Below, piece by piece: positions 13,501 through 31,500 of a stretch of 64,000 bases of DNA (position 1 is its first letter; every line of letters starts with the position of its first letter). The notes under the pieces were generated by a model. That model had not been told where the DNA came from. It saw nothing but the letters and a program-made list of their open reading frames with translations, and searched no databases. The stretch covers positions 25,792,001 to 25,856,000 of the forward strand of contig OZ024752.1 in assembly GCA_964016885.1 (NCBI GenBank). The letters run 5' to 3'. This stretch comes from Eledone cirrhosa. Its lineage: Eukaryota. Made by a program: the position numbers and the translations under genes.

Positions 13501-16500
13501 CCACCACCATCAACATCATAGCTAATAACACTACCAACGACAACTATAACACCACCACCATCAACACCATAGATAATAACACTACCAACGACAACTATAA
13601 CACCACCACCATCAACATCATAGCTAATAACACAACCAACGACAACTATAACACCACCACCATCAACACCATAGCTAATAACAATACCAACGACAACTAT
13701 AACAACACCAACATCAACACCATAGCTAATAACACTAACTACGACAACTATAACACCACCACCATCAACATCATAGCTAATAACACTACCTACGACAACT
13801 ATAACACAACCACCATCAACACCATAGTTAATAACACTAACTACGATAACTGTAACAACACCACCATCAACACCATAGCTAGTAACACTACCTACGACAA
13901 CTATAACACCACCACCTTCAACACCATAGCTAATAACACTACCAACGACAACACCACCACCATCAACACCATAGCTAGTAACACTACCAACGACAACACC
14001 ACCACCATCAACACCATAGCTAGTAACACTACCAACGACAACACCACCACCATCAACACCATAGCTAGTAACACTACCAACGACAACAACACCACCATCA
14101 ATACCATAGCTAATAACACTACCAACGACAACAACACCACCATCAACACCATAGTTAATAACACTACCAACGACAACTATAACACCACCACCATCAACCC
14201 CATAGCTAATAACACTACCAACGACAACACCACCACCATCAACACCATAGCTAGTAACACTACTAACGACAACACCACCACCATCAACACCATAGCTAGT
14301 AACACTACCAACGACAACACCACCACCATCAACATCATAGCTAATAACAATACCAACGACAACTATAACACCACCACCTTCAACACCATAGCTAATAACA
14401 CTATATACGACAACTATAACACCACCACCATCAACACCATAGCTAGTAACACTACCTACGACAACTATAACACCACCATCATCAACACCATAGCTAAAAA
14501 CACTACCAACGACAACTATAACACCACCATCAACACCATAGCTAAAAACACTACTAACGACAACTATAACACCACCACCATCAACACCATAGCTAAAAAC
14601 ACTACCAACGACAACTATAACAACACCACCATCAACACCATAGCTAAAAACACTACCAACGACAACTATAACACCACCACCATCAACACCATAGCTAATA
14701 ACACTACCTATGACAAATATAACACCACCACCATCAACACCATAGTAATAACACTACCTACGACAAGTATAACATCACCACCATCAACACCATAGCTAAT
14801 AACACTACCTACGACAAATATAACACGACAACCATCAACACCATAGATAATAACACAACCAACGACAACTATAACACCACCACCACCAACTATCAACACC
14901 ATAGCTAATAACACTACCAACGACAACTATAACACCACCACCATCAACACCATAGCTAATAACACTACCTACGACAACTATAACAACACTATAGCTAATA
15001 ACACTACCTACGACAACTATAACACCACCACCATCAACACCATAGCTAATAACACTACCTACGACAACTATAACAACACCACCATCAACACCATAGATAA
15101 TAACACTACCTACGACAACTATAACAACACCAGAATCAACACCATAGCTAATAACACCACCAACGACAACTATAACACCACCACCATCAACACCATAGCT
15201 AATAACACTACCTACGACAACTATAACACCACCACCATCAACACCATAGCTAATAACACTACCTACGACAACTATAACATCACCACCATCAACACCATAG
15301 CTAATAACACTACCTACGACAACTATAACACCACCACCATCAACACCATAGCTAATAACACTACCTACGACAACTATAACATCACCACCATCAACACCAT
15401 AGCTAATAACACTAGCTACGACAACTATAACACCACCACCATCAACACCATAGCTAATAACACTACCAACGACAACTAGAACAACACCACCATCAACACC
15501 ATAGCTTATAACACTACCAACGACAACTATAACACCACCACCATCAACACCAGAGCTAATAAAACTACCTACGACAACTATAACACCAACACCATCAACA
15601 TCATAGCTAATAACACTACCAACGACAACTATAACACCACCACCATCAACACTATAGATAATAACACTACCAACGACAATTATAACACCAACACCATCAA
15701 CATCATAGCTAATAACACTACCAACGACAACTATAACACCACCACCATCAACACCATAGCTAATAACACTACCAACGACAACTATAACAACACCAACATC
15801 AACACCATAGCTAATAACACTACCTACGACAATTATAACACCACCACCATCAACACCGTAGCTAATAACACTACCTACGACAACTATAACAACACCAACA
15901 TCAACACCATAGCTTATAACACTACCTACGACAACTAGAACAACACCACCATCAACACCATAGCTTATAACACTACCAACGACAACTATAACACCACCAA
16001 CATCAACACCATAGCTAATAACACTACCTACGACAACTATAACACCACCACCATCAACATCATAGATAATAACACTACCAACGACAACTATAACACCACC
16101 ACCATCAACACCATAGCTAATAACACTACCTACGACAAATATAACACCACCACCATCAACACCATAGCTAATAACACTACCTACGACAACTATAACACCA
16201 CCACCATCAACATCATAGCTAATAACACAACCAACGACAACTATAACACCACCACCATCAACACCATAGCTAATAACACTACCTACGATAACTGTAACAA
16301 CACCACCATCAACATCATAGCTAATAACACTACCAACGACAACTATAACACCACCACCATCAACACCATAGCTAATAACACTACCTACGACAACTATAAC
16401 AACAACACTATAGATAATAACACTACCTACGACAACTATAACACCACCACCATCAACACCATGGCTAATAACACTACCTACGACAACTATAACAACACCA

Positions 16501-19500
16501 CCATCAACACCATAGCTAATAACACTACCTACGACAACTATAACAACACCAGAATCAACACCATAGCTAATAACAGTACCTACGACAACTATAACACCAC
16601 CACCATCAACACCATAGCTAATAACACTACCTACGACAACTATAACACCACCACCATCAACACCATAGCTAATAACACTACCAACGACAACTATAACACC
16701 ACCATCAACACCATAGCTAATAACACTACCAACAACAACTATAACAACACCACCATCAACACCATAGCTTATAACACTGCCAACGACAACTATAACATCA
16801 CCACCATTAACACCATAGCTAATAACACTACCTACGATAACTATAACACCACCACCATCAACACCATATCTAATAACACTACCTACGACAACTATAACAT
16901 CACCACCATCAACACCATAGCTAATAACACTACCTACGACAACTATAACACCACCACCATCAACACCATAGCTAATAAAGCTACCAACGACAACTAGAAC
17001 AACACCACCATCAACACCATAGCTTATAACACTACCAACGACAACTATAACACCACCACCATCAACATCATAGCTAATAACACTACCAACTACAATTATA
17101 ACACCACCACCATCAACATCATAGCTAATAACACTACCAACGACAACTATAACACCACCACGATCAACACCATAGATAATAGCACTACCAACGACAATTA
17201 TAACACCACCACCATCAACACCATAGCTAATAACACTACCAACAACAACTATAACAACACCACCATCAACACCATAGCTTGTGACACTACCAACGACAAC
17301 TATAACATCACCACCATCAACACCATAGCTAATAACACTACCTACGACAACTATAACACCACCACCATCAACACCATAGCTAATAACACTAACTACGACA
17401 ACTATAACATCACCACCATCAACACCATAGCTTATAACACTACCAACAACAACTATAACACCACCACCATCAACACCATAGCAAATAACACTACCAACGA
17501 CAAATATAACAACACCAACATCAACACCATAGCTAATAACACTACCTACGACAACTATAACACCACCACCATCAACACCATAGCTAATAACACTACCAAC
17601 GACAACTAGAACGACACCACCATCAACACCATAGCTTATAACACTACCAACGACAACAATAACACCACCACCATTAACACCATAGATAATAACACTACCA
17701 ACGACAACTATAACACCACCACCATCAACATCATAGCTAATAACACTACCAACGACAAATATAACACCACCACCATCAACACCATAGCTAATAACACTAC
17801 CTACGACAACTATAACAACACCAACATCAACACCATAGCTGATAACACTACCTACGACAACTATAACACCACCACCATCAACACCATAGCTAATAACACT
17901 ACCAACGACAACTAGAACAACACCACCATCAACACCATAGCTTATAAACTACCAACGACAATTATAACACCACCACCATCAACACCATAGCTAATAACAC
18001 TACCTACGACAACTATAACACCAACACCATCAACACCATAGCTAATAACACTACCAAGGACAACTATATCATCACCACCATCAACACCATAGCTAATAAC
18101 ACTACCTACGACAACTATAACAACACCACCATCAACATCATAGCTAATAACTCTACCTACGACAACTATAACACCACCACCATCAACACCATAGCTAATA
18201 ACACTACCAACGACAACTAGAACAACACCACCATCAACACCATAGCTTATAACACTACCAACGACAACTATAACACCACCACTATCAACACCATAGCTAA
18301 TAACACTACCTACGACAACTATAACACCACCACCATCAACATCATAGCTAATAACACAACCAACGACAACTATAACACCACCACCATCAACATCATAGCT
18401 AATAACACTACCAACGACAACTATAACACCACCACCATCAACACCATAGATAATAACACTACCAACGACAACTATAACACCACCACCATCAACATCATAG
18501 CTAATAACACAACCAACGACAACTATAACACCACCACCATCAACACCATAGCTAATAACAATACCAACGACAACTATAACAACACCAACATCAACACCAT
18601 AGCTAATAACACTAACTACGACAACTATAACACCACCACCATCAACATCATAGCTAATAACACTACCTACGACAACTATAACACAACCACCATCAACACC
18701 ATAGTTAATAACACTAACTACGATAACTGTAACAACACCACCATCAACACCATAGCTAGTAACACTACCTACGACAACTATAACACCACCACCTTCAACA
18801 CCATAGCTAATAACACTACCAACGACAACACCACCACCATCAACACCATAGCTAGTAACACTACCAACGACAACACCACCACCATCAACACCATAGCTAG
18901 TAACACTACCAACGACAACACCACCACCATCAACACCATAGCTAGTAACACTACCAACGACAACAACACCACCATCAATACCATAGCTAATAACACTACC
19001 AACGACAACAACACCACCATCAACACCATAGTTAATAACACTACCAACGACAACTATAACACCACCACCATCAACCCCATAGCTAATAACACTACCAACG
19101 ACAACACCACCACCATCAACACCATAGCTAGTAACACTACTAACGACAACACCACCACCATCAACACCATAGCTAGTAACACTACCAACGACAACACCAC
19201 CACCATCAACATCATAGCTAATAACAATACCAACGACAACTATAACACCACCACCTTCAACACCATAGCTAATAACACTATATACGACAACTATAACACC
19301 ACCACCATCAACACCATAGCTAGTAACACTACCTACGACAACTATAACACCACCATCATCAACACCATAGCTAAAAACACTACCAACGACAACTATAACA
19401 CCACCATCAACACCATAGCTAAAAACACTACTAACGACAACTATAACACCACCACCATCAACACCATAGCTAAAAACACTACCAACGACAACTATAACAA

Positions 19501-22500
19501 CACCACCATCAACACCATAGCTAAAAACACTACCAACGACAACTATAACACCACCACCATCAACACCATAGCTAATAACACTACCTATGACAAATATAAC
19601 ACCACCACCATCAACACCATAGTAATAACACTACCTACGACAAGTATAACATCACCACCATCAACACCATAGCTAATAACACTACCTACGACAAATATAA
19701 CACGACCACCATCAACACCATAGATAATAACACAACCAACGACAACTATAACACCACCACCACCAACTATCAACACCACAGCTAATAACACTACCAACGA
19801 CAACTATAACACCACCACCATCAACACCATAGCTAATAACACTACCTACGACAACTATAACAACACTATAGCTAATAACACTACCTACGACAACTATAAC
19901 ACCACCACCATCAACACCATAGCTAATAACACTACCTACGACAACTATAACAACACCACCATCAACACCATAGATAATAACACTACCTACGACAACTATA
20001 ACAACACCAGAATCAACACCATAGCTAATAACACCACCAACGACAACTATATCACCACCACTATCAACACCATAGCTAATAACACTACCTACGACAACTA
20101 TAACACCACCACCATCAACACCATAGCTAATAACACTACCTACGACAACTATAACACCACCACCATCAACACCATAGCTAATAACACTACCAACAACAAC
20201 TATAACAACACCACCATCAACACCATAGCTTATAACACTAGCAACGACAACTATAACATCACCACCATCAACACCATAGCTAATAACACTACCTACGACA
20301 ACTATAACACCACCACCATCAACACCATAGCTAATAACACTACCTACGACAACTATAACATCACCACCATCAACACCATAGATAATAGCACTACCAACGA
20401 CAATTATAACACCACCACCATCAACACCATAGCTAATAACACTACCAACAACAACTATAACAACACCACCATCAACACCATAGCTTATGACACTACCAAC
20501 GACAACTATAACATCACCACCATCAACACCATAGCTAATAACACTACCTACGACAACTATAACACCACCACCATCAACACCATAGCTAATAACACTAACT
20601 ACGACAACTATAACATCACCACCATCAACACCATAGCTTATAACACTACCAACAACAACTATAACACCACCACCATCAACACCATAGCAAATAACACTAC
20701 CAACGACAAATATAACAACACCAACATCAACACCATAGCTAATAACACTACCTACGACAACTATAACACCACCACCATCAACACCATAGCTAATAACACT
20801 ACCAACGACAACTAGAACGACACCACCATCAACACCATAGCTTATAACACTACCAACGACAACAATAACACCACCACCATTAACACCATAGATAATAACA
20901 CTACCAACGACAACTATAACACCACCACCATCAACATCATAGCTAATAACACTACCAACGACAAATATAACACCACCACCATCAACACCATAGCTAATAA
21001 CACTACCTACGACAACTATAACAACACCAACATCAACACCATAGCTGATAACACTACCTACGACAACTATAACACCACCACCATCAACACCATAGCTAAT
21101 AACACTACCAACGACAACTAGAACAACACCACCATCAACACCATAGCTTATAAACTACCAACGACAATTATAACACCACCACCATCAACACCATAGCTAA
21201 TAACACTACCTACGACAACTATAACACCAACACCATCAACACCATAGCTAATAACACTACCAAGGACAACTATATCATCACCACCATCAACACCATAGCT
21301 AATAACACTACCTACGACAACTATAACAACACCACCATCAACATCATAGCTAATAACTCTACCTACGACAACTATAACACCACCACCATCAACACCATAG
21401 CTAATAACACTACCAACGACAACTAGAACAACACCACCATCAACACCATAGCTTATAACACTACCAACGACAACTATAACACCACCACTATCAACACCAT
21501 AGCTAATAACACTACCTACGACAACTATAACACCACCACCATCAACATCATAGCTAATAACACAACCAACGACAACTATAACACCACCACCATCAACATC
21601 ATAGCTAATAACACTACCAACGACAACTATAACACCACCACCATCAACACCATAGATAATAACACTACCAACGACAACTATAACACCACCACCATCAACA
21701 TCATAGCTAATAACACAACCAACGACAACTATAACACCACCACCATCAACACCATAGCTAATAACAATACCAACGACAACTATAACAACACCAACATCAA
21801 CACCATAGCTAATAACACTAACTACGACAACTATAACACCACCACCATCAACATCATAGCTAATAACACTACCTACGACAACTATAACACAACCACCATC
21901 AACACCATAGTTAATAACACTAACTACGATAACTGTAACAACACCACCATCAACACCATAGCTAATAACACTACCAACGACAACACCACCACCATCAACA
22001 CCATAGCTAGTAACACTACCAACGACAACACCACCACCATCAACACCATAGCTAGTAACACTACCAACGACAACACCACCACCATCAACACCATAGCTAG
22101 TAACACTACCAACGACAACAACACCACCATCAATACCATAGCTAATAACACTACCAACGACAACAACACCACCATCAACACCATAGTTAATAACACTACC
22201 AACGACAACTATAACACCACCACCATCAACCCCATAGCTAATAACACTACCAACGACAACACCACCACCATCAACACCATAGCTAGTAACACTACTAACG
22301 ACAACACCACCACCATCAACACCATAGCTAGTAACACTACCAACGACAACACCACCACCATCAACATCATAGCTAATAACAATACCAACGACAACTATAA
22401 CACCACCACCTTCAACACCATAGCTAATAACACTATATACGACAACTATAACACCACCACCATCAACACCATAGCTAGTAACACTACCTACGACAACTAT

Positions 22501-25500
22501 AACACCACCATCATCAACACCATAGCTAAAAACACTACCAACGACAACTATAACACCACCATCAACACCATAGCTAAAAACACTACTAACGACAACTATA
22601 ACACCACCACCATCAACACCATAGCTAAAAACACTACCAACGACAACTATAACAACACCACCATCAACACCATAGCTAAAAACACTACCAACGACAACTA
22701 TAACACCACCACCATCAACACCATAGCTAATAACACTACCTATGACAAATATAACACCACCACCATCAACACCATAGTAATAACACTACCTACGACAAGT
22801 ATAACATCACCACCATCAACACCATAGCTAATAACACTACCTACGACAAATATAACACGACCACCATCAACACCATAGATAATAACACAACCAACGACAA
22901 CTATAACACCACCACCACCAACTATCAACACCATAGCTAATAACACTACCAACGACAACTATAACACCACCACCATCAACACCATAGCTAATAACACTAC
23001 CTACGACAACTATAACAACACTATAGCTAATAACACTACCTACAACAACTATAACACCACCACCATCAACACCATAGCTAATAACACTACCTACGACAAC
23101 TATAACAACACCACCATCAACACCATAGATAATAACACTACCTACGACAACTATAACAACACCAGAATCAACACCATAGCTAATAACACCACCAACGACA
23201 ACTATATCACCACCACCATCAACACCATAGCTAATAACACTACCTACGACAACTATAACACCACCACCATCAACACCATAGCTAATAACACTACCTACGA
23301 CAACTATAACACCACCACCATCAACACCATAGCTAATAACACTACCAACAACAACTATAACAACACCACCATCAACACCATAGCTTATAACACTAGCAAC
23401 GACAACTATAACATCACCACCATCAACACCATAGCTAATAACACTACCTACGACAACTATAACACCACCACCATCAACACCATAGCTAATAACACTACCT
23501 ACGACAACTATAACATCACCACCATCAACACCATAGCTAATAACACTAGCTACGACAACTATAACACCACCACCATCAACACCATAGCTAATAACACTAC
23601 CAACGACAACTAGAACAACACCACCATCAACACCATAGCTTATAACACTACCAACGACAACTATAACACCACCACCATCAACACCAGAGCTAATAAAACT
23701 ACCTACGACAACTATAACACCAACACCATCAACATCATAGCTAATAACACTACCAACGACAACTATAACACCACCACCATCAACACTATAGATAATAACA
23801 CTACCAACGACAATTATAACACCAACACCATCAACATCATAGCTAATAACACTACCAACGACAACTATAACACCACCACCATCAACACCATAGCTAATAA
23901 CACTACCAACGACAACTATAACAACACCAACATCAACACCATAGCTAATAACACTACCTACGACAATTATAACACCACCACCATCAACACCGTAGCTAAT
24001 AACACTACCTACGACAACTATAACAACACCAACATCAACACCATAGCTTATAACACTACCTACGACAACTAGAACAACACCACCATCAACACCATAGCTT
24101 ATAACACTACCAACGACAACTATAACACCACCAACATCAACACCATAGCTAATAACACTACCTACGACAACTATAACACCACCACCATCAACATCATAGA
24201 TAATAACACTACCAACGACAACTATAACACCACCACCATCAACACCATAGCTAATAACACTACCTACGACAAATATAACACCACCACCATCAGCACCATA
24301 GCTAATAACACTACCTACGACAACTATAACACCAGCACCATCAACATCATAGCTAATAACACAACCAACGACAACTATAACACCACCACCATCAACACCA
24401 TAGCTAATAACACTACCTACGACAACTATAACAACAACACTATAGATAATAACACTACCTACGACAACTATAACACCACCACCATCAACACCATGGCTAA
24501 TAACACTACCTACGACAACTATAACAACACCACCATCAACACCATAGCTAATAACACTACCTACGACAACTATAACAACACCAGAATCAACACCATAGCT
24601 AATAACAGTACCTACGACAACTATAACACCACCACCATCAACACCATAGCTAATAACACTACCTACGACAACTATAACACCACCACCATCAACACCATAG
24701 CTAATAACACTACCAACGACAACTATAACACCACCATCAACACCATAGCTAATAACACTACCAACAACAACTATAACAACACCACCATCAACACCATAGC
24801 TTATAACACTGCCAACGACAACTATAACATCACCACCATTAACACCATAGCTAATAACACTACCTACGATAACTATAACACCACCACCATCAACACCATA
24901 TCTAATAACACTACCTACGACAACTATAACATCACCACCATCAACACCATAGCTAATAACACTACCTACGACAACTATAACACCACCACCATCAACACCA
25001 TAGCTAATAAAGCTACCAACGACAACTAGAACAACACCACCATCAACACCATAGCTTATAACACTACCAACGACAACTATAACACCACCACCATCAACAT
25101 CATAGCTAATAACACTACCAACTACAATTATAACACCACCACCATCAACATCATAGCTAATAACACTACCAACGACAACTATAACACCACCACGATCAAC
25201 ACCATAGATAATAGCACTACCAACGACAATTATAACACCACCACCATCAACACCATAGCTAATAACACTACCAACAACAACTATAACAACACCACCATCA
25301 ACACCATAGCTTATAACACTACCAACGACAACTATAACATCACCACCATCAACACCATAGCTAATAACACTACCTACGACAACTATAACACCACCACCAT
25401 CAACACCATAGCTAATAACACTAACTACGACAACTATAACATCACCACCATCAACACCATAGCTTATAACACTACCAACAACAACTATAACACCACCACC

Positions 25501-28500
25501 ATCAACACCATAGCAAATAACACTACCAACGACAAATATAACAACACCAACATCAACACCATAGCTAATAACACTACCTACGACAACTATAACACCACCA
25601 CCATCAACACCATAGCTAATAACACTACCAACGACAACTAGAACGACACCACCATCAACACCATAGCTTATAACACTACCAACGACAACTATAACACCAC
25701 CACCATTAACACCATAGATAATAACACTACCAACGACAACTATAACACCACCACCATCAACATCATAGCTAATAACACTACCAACGACAAATATAACACC
25801 ACCACCATCAACACCATAGCTAATAACACTACCTACGACAACTATAACAACACCAACATCAACACCATAGCTGATAACACTACCTACGACAACTATAACA
25901 CCACCACCATCAACACCATAGCTAATAACACTACCAACGACAACTAGAACAACACCACCATCAACACCATAGCTTATAAACTACCAACGACAATTATAAC
26001 ACCACCACCATCAACACCATAGCTAATAACACTACCTACGACAACTATAACACCAACACCATCAACACCATAGCTAATAACACTACCAAGGACAACTATA
26101 TCATCACCACCATCAACACCATAGCTAATAACACTACCTACGACAACTATAACAACACCACCATCAACATCATAGCTAATAACTCTACCTACGACAACTA
26201 TAACACCACCACCATCAACACCATAGCTAATAACACTACCAACGACAACTAGAACAACACCACCATCAACACCATAGCTTATAACACTACCAACGACAAC
26301 TATAACACCACCACCATCAACACCATAGCTAATAACACTACCTACGACAACTATAACACCACCACCATCAACATCATAGCTAATAACACTACCAACTACA
26401 ACTATAACACCACCACCATCAACATCATAGCTAATAACACTACCAACGACAACTATAACACCACCACCATCAACACCATAGATAATAACACTACCAACGA
26501 CAATTATAACACCACCACCATCAACACCATAGCTAATAACACTACCAACAACAACTATAACAACACCACCATCAACACCATAGCTTATAACACTACCAAC
26601 GACAACTATAACATCACCAGCATCAACACCATAGCTAATAACACTACCTACGACAACTATAACAACACCACCATCAACACCATAGCTAATAACACTACCT
26701 ACGACAACTGTAACATCACCACCATCAACACCATAGCTAATAACACTACCTACGACAACTATAACACCACCACCATCAACACCATAGCTAATAACACTAC
26801 CAACGACAAATATAACAACACCAACATCAACACCATAGCTAATAACACTACCTACGACAACTATAACACCACCACCATCAACACCATAGCTAATAACACT
26901 ACCAACGACAACTAGAACAACACCACCATCAACACCATAGCTTATAACACTACCAACGACAACTATAATACCACCACCATCAACACCATTGCTAATAACA
27001 CTACCTACGACAACTATAAGACCACCACCACCAACACCATAGCTAATAACACTACCAAGGACAACTATATCATCACCACCATCAACACCATAGCTAATAA
27101 CACTACCTACAACAACTATAACAACACCACTATCAACATCATAGCTAATAACACTACCTAGGACAACTATAACAACACCACCATCAACAGCATAGCTAAT
27201 AACACTACCAACGACAACTATAACACCACCTCCATCAACACCATAGCTAATAACACTACCTACGACAACTATAACACCACCACCATCAACACCATAGCTA
27301 ATAACACTACCAAGGACAACTATATCATCAGCACCATCAACACCATAGCTAATAACACTACCTACGACAACTATAACAACACCACCATCAACATCATAGC
27401 TAATAACACTACCTACGACAACTATAACAACACCAGCATCAACACCATAGCTAATAACACTACCTACGACAACTATAACAACACCACCATCAATACCATA
27501 GCTAATACTACCTACGACAACTATAATAACACCACCATCAACACCATAGCTAATAACACTACCTACGACAACTATAATAACACCACCATCAACACCATAG
27601 CTAATAACACTACCTACGACAACTATAACACCACCATCAACACCAGAGCTAATAACACTACCTACGACAACTATAACTACACCACCATCAACATCATAGC
27701 TAATAACACTACCTACGACAACTATAACACCACCACCATCAACACCATAACTAATAACACTACCCACGACAACTATAACAACAACACCATAGCTAGTAAC
27801 ACTACCTACGACAACTATAACACCACCACCATCAACACCATAGCTAATAACACTACCAACGACAACTAGAACAACACCCCCATCAACACCATAGATTATA
27901 ACACTACCAACGACAACTATAACACCACCACCATCAACACCATAGCTAATAACACTACCTACGACAACTATAACACCACCACCATCAACATCATAGCTAA
28001 TAACACAACCGAGGACAACTATAACACCACCACCATCAACATCATAGATAATAACACTACCAACAACAACTATAACACCACCATCATCAACATCATAGCT
28101 AATAACACTACCAACGACAACTATAACACCACCACCATCAACACCATAGCTAATAACACAACCAACGACAACTATAACAACACCAACATCAACACCATAG
28201 CTAATAACACTACCTACGACAACTATAACACCACCACCATCAACACCATAGCTAATAACACTACCTACGACAACTATAACACCACCACCATCAACACCAT
28301 AGCTAATAACACTACCTACGATAACTGTAACAACACCACCATCAACACCATAGCTAATAACACTACCAACGACAACTATAACAACACCACCATCAACACC
28401 ATAGCTAATAACACTACCTACGACAACTATAACACCACCATCATCAACACCATAGCTAATAACACTACCAACGACAACTATAACACCACCACCATAGATA

Positions 28501-31500
28501 ATAACACTACCAACGACAATTATAACACCACCACCATCAACACCATAGCTAATAACACTACCAACGACAACTATAACAACACCAACATCAACACCATAGC
28601 TAATAACACTACCTACGACAACTATAACACCACCACCATCAACACCATAGCTAATAACACTACCTACGACAACTATAACACCACCACCATCAACACCATA
28701 GCTAATAACACTACCTACGACAACTATAACACCACCATCATCAACACCATAGCTAATAACACTACCAACGACAACTATAACACCACCACCATCAACATTA
28801 TAGCTAATAACACTACCTACGACAACTATAACATCACCACCATCAACACCATACCTAATAACACTACCTACGACAACTATAACACCACCATCAACACCAG
28901 AGCTAATAACACTACCTACGACAACTATAACTACACCACCATCAACATCATAGCTAATAACACTACCTACGACAACTATAACACCACCACCATCAACACC
29001 ATAACTAATAACACTATCCACGACAACTATAACAACAACACCATAGCTAGTAACACTACCTACGACAACTATAACACCACCACCATCAACACCATAGCTA
29101 ATAACACTACCAACGACAACTAGAACAACACCCCCATCAACACCATAGATTATAACACTACCAACGACAACTATAACACCACCACCATCAACACCATAGC
29201 TAATAACACTACCTACGACAACTATAACACCACCACCATCAACATCATAGCTAATAACACAACCAACGACAACTATAACACCACCACCATCAACATCATA
29301 GATAATAACACTACCAACAACAACTATAACACCACCATCATCAACATCATAGCTAATAACACTACCAACGACAACTATAACACCACCACCATCAACAACA
29401 TAGCTAATAACACAACCAACGACAACTATAACAACACCAACATCAACACCATAGCTAATAACACTACCTACGACAACTATAACACCACCACCATCAACAC
29501 CATAGCTAATAACACTACCTACGATAACTGTAACAACACCACCATCAACACCATAGCTAATAACACTACCAACGACAACTATAACAACACCACCATCAAC
29601 ACCATAGCTAATAACACTACCTACGACAACTATAACAACAACACTATAGCTAATAACACTACCTACGACAACTATAACACCACCACCATCAACACAATAG
29701 CTAATAACACTACGAACAACAACTATAACAACACCACCATCAACACCATATCTTATAACACTGCCAACGACAACTATAACATCACCACCATCAACACCAT
29801 AGCTAATAACACTACCTACGATAACTATAACACCACCACCATCAACATCATAGCTAATAACACTACCAACGACAACTATAACACCACCACCATCAACACC
29901 ATAGCTAATAACACTACCTACGACAAATATAACACCACCACCATCAACATCATAGCTAATAACACTACCTACGACAACTATAACACCACCACCATCAACA
30001 CCATAGCTAATAACACTACCAACGACAACTAGAACAACACCACCATCAACATCATAGCTAATAACACTACCAACGACAAATATATCACCACCACCTTCAA
30101 CATCATAGCTAATAACACTACCAACGACAACTGTAACACCACCATCATCAACATCATAGATAATAACACTACCAACGAAAACTATAACAACACCACCATC
30201 AACACCATAGCTTATAACACTACCAACGACAACTACAACAACACCACCATCAACACCAGAGCTAATAACACTACCTACGACAACTATAACTACACCACCA
30301 TCAACATCATAGCTAATAACATTACCTACGACAACTATAACACCACCACCATCAACACCATAGCTAATAACACTACCAACGACAACTATAATAAAACCAC
30401 CATCAACACCATAACTAATAACACTACCCACGAGAACTATAACAACAAGACCATAGTTAGGAACACTACCTACGACAACTATAACACCACCACCATCAAC
30501 ACCATAGCTAATAACACTACCAACGACAACTAGAACAACACCACCATCAACACCATAGCTTATAACACTGCCAACGACAACTATAACACCACCACCATCA
30601 ACACCATAGCTAATAACACTACCTACGACAACTATGACACCACCACCATCAACATCATAGCTAATAACACTACCAACGACAACTATAACACCACCACCAT
30701 CAACATCATAGCTAATAACACTACCAACGACAACTATAACACCACCACCATAGATAATAACACTACCAACGACAATTATAACACCACCACCATCAACACC
30801 ATAGCTAATAACACTACCAACGACAACTATAACAACACCAACATCAACACCATAGCTAATAACACTACCTACGACAACTATAACACCACCACCATCAACA
30901 CCATAGCTAATAACACTACCTACGACAACTATAACACCACCACCATCAACACCATAGCTAATAACACTACCTACGACAACTATAACACCACCATCATCAA
31001 CACCATAGCTAATAACACTACCAACGACAACTATAACACCACCACCATCAACATTATAGCTAATAACACTACCTACGACAACTATAACATCACCACCATC
31101 AACACCATAGCTAATAACACTACCTACGACAATTATAACACCACTACCATCAACACCATAGCTAATAACACTACCAACGACAACTAGAGCAACACCACCA
31201 TCAACACCATAGCTTATAGCACTACCAACGACAACTATAACACCACCACCATCAACACCATAGATAATAACACTACCAACGACAATTATAACACCACCAC
31301 CATCAACACCATAGCTAATAACACTACCTACGACAACTATAACAACACCAGAATCAACACCATAGCTAATAACACTACCTACGACAATTATAACAACAGC
31401 ACTATAGCTAATAACACTACCTACGACAACTATAACACCACCACCATCAACACCATGGCTAATAACACTACCTACGACAACTATAACAACACCACCATCA

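Noticed and set aside
14740-14895. Apparent compensating -1/+1 frameshift pair (also at ~19622/19766 and ~22777/22920)
   Set aside because: The register is restored, but the intervening ~145 bp contains stops in the shifted frame on both strands, so no protein is rescued.
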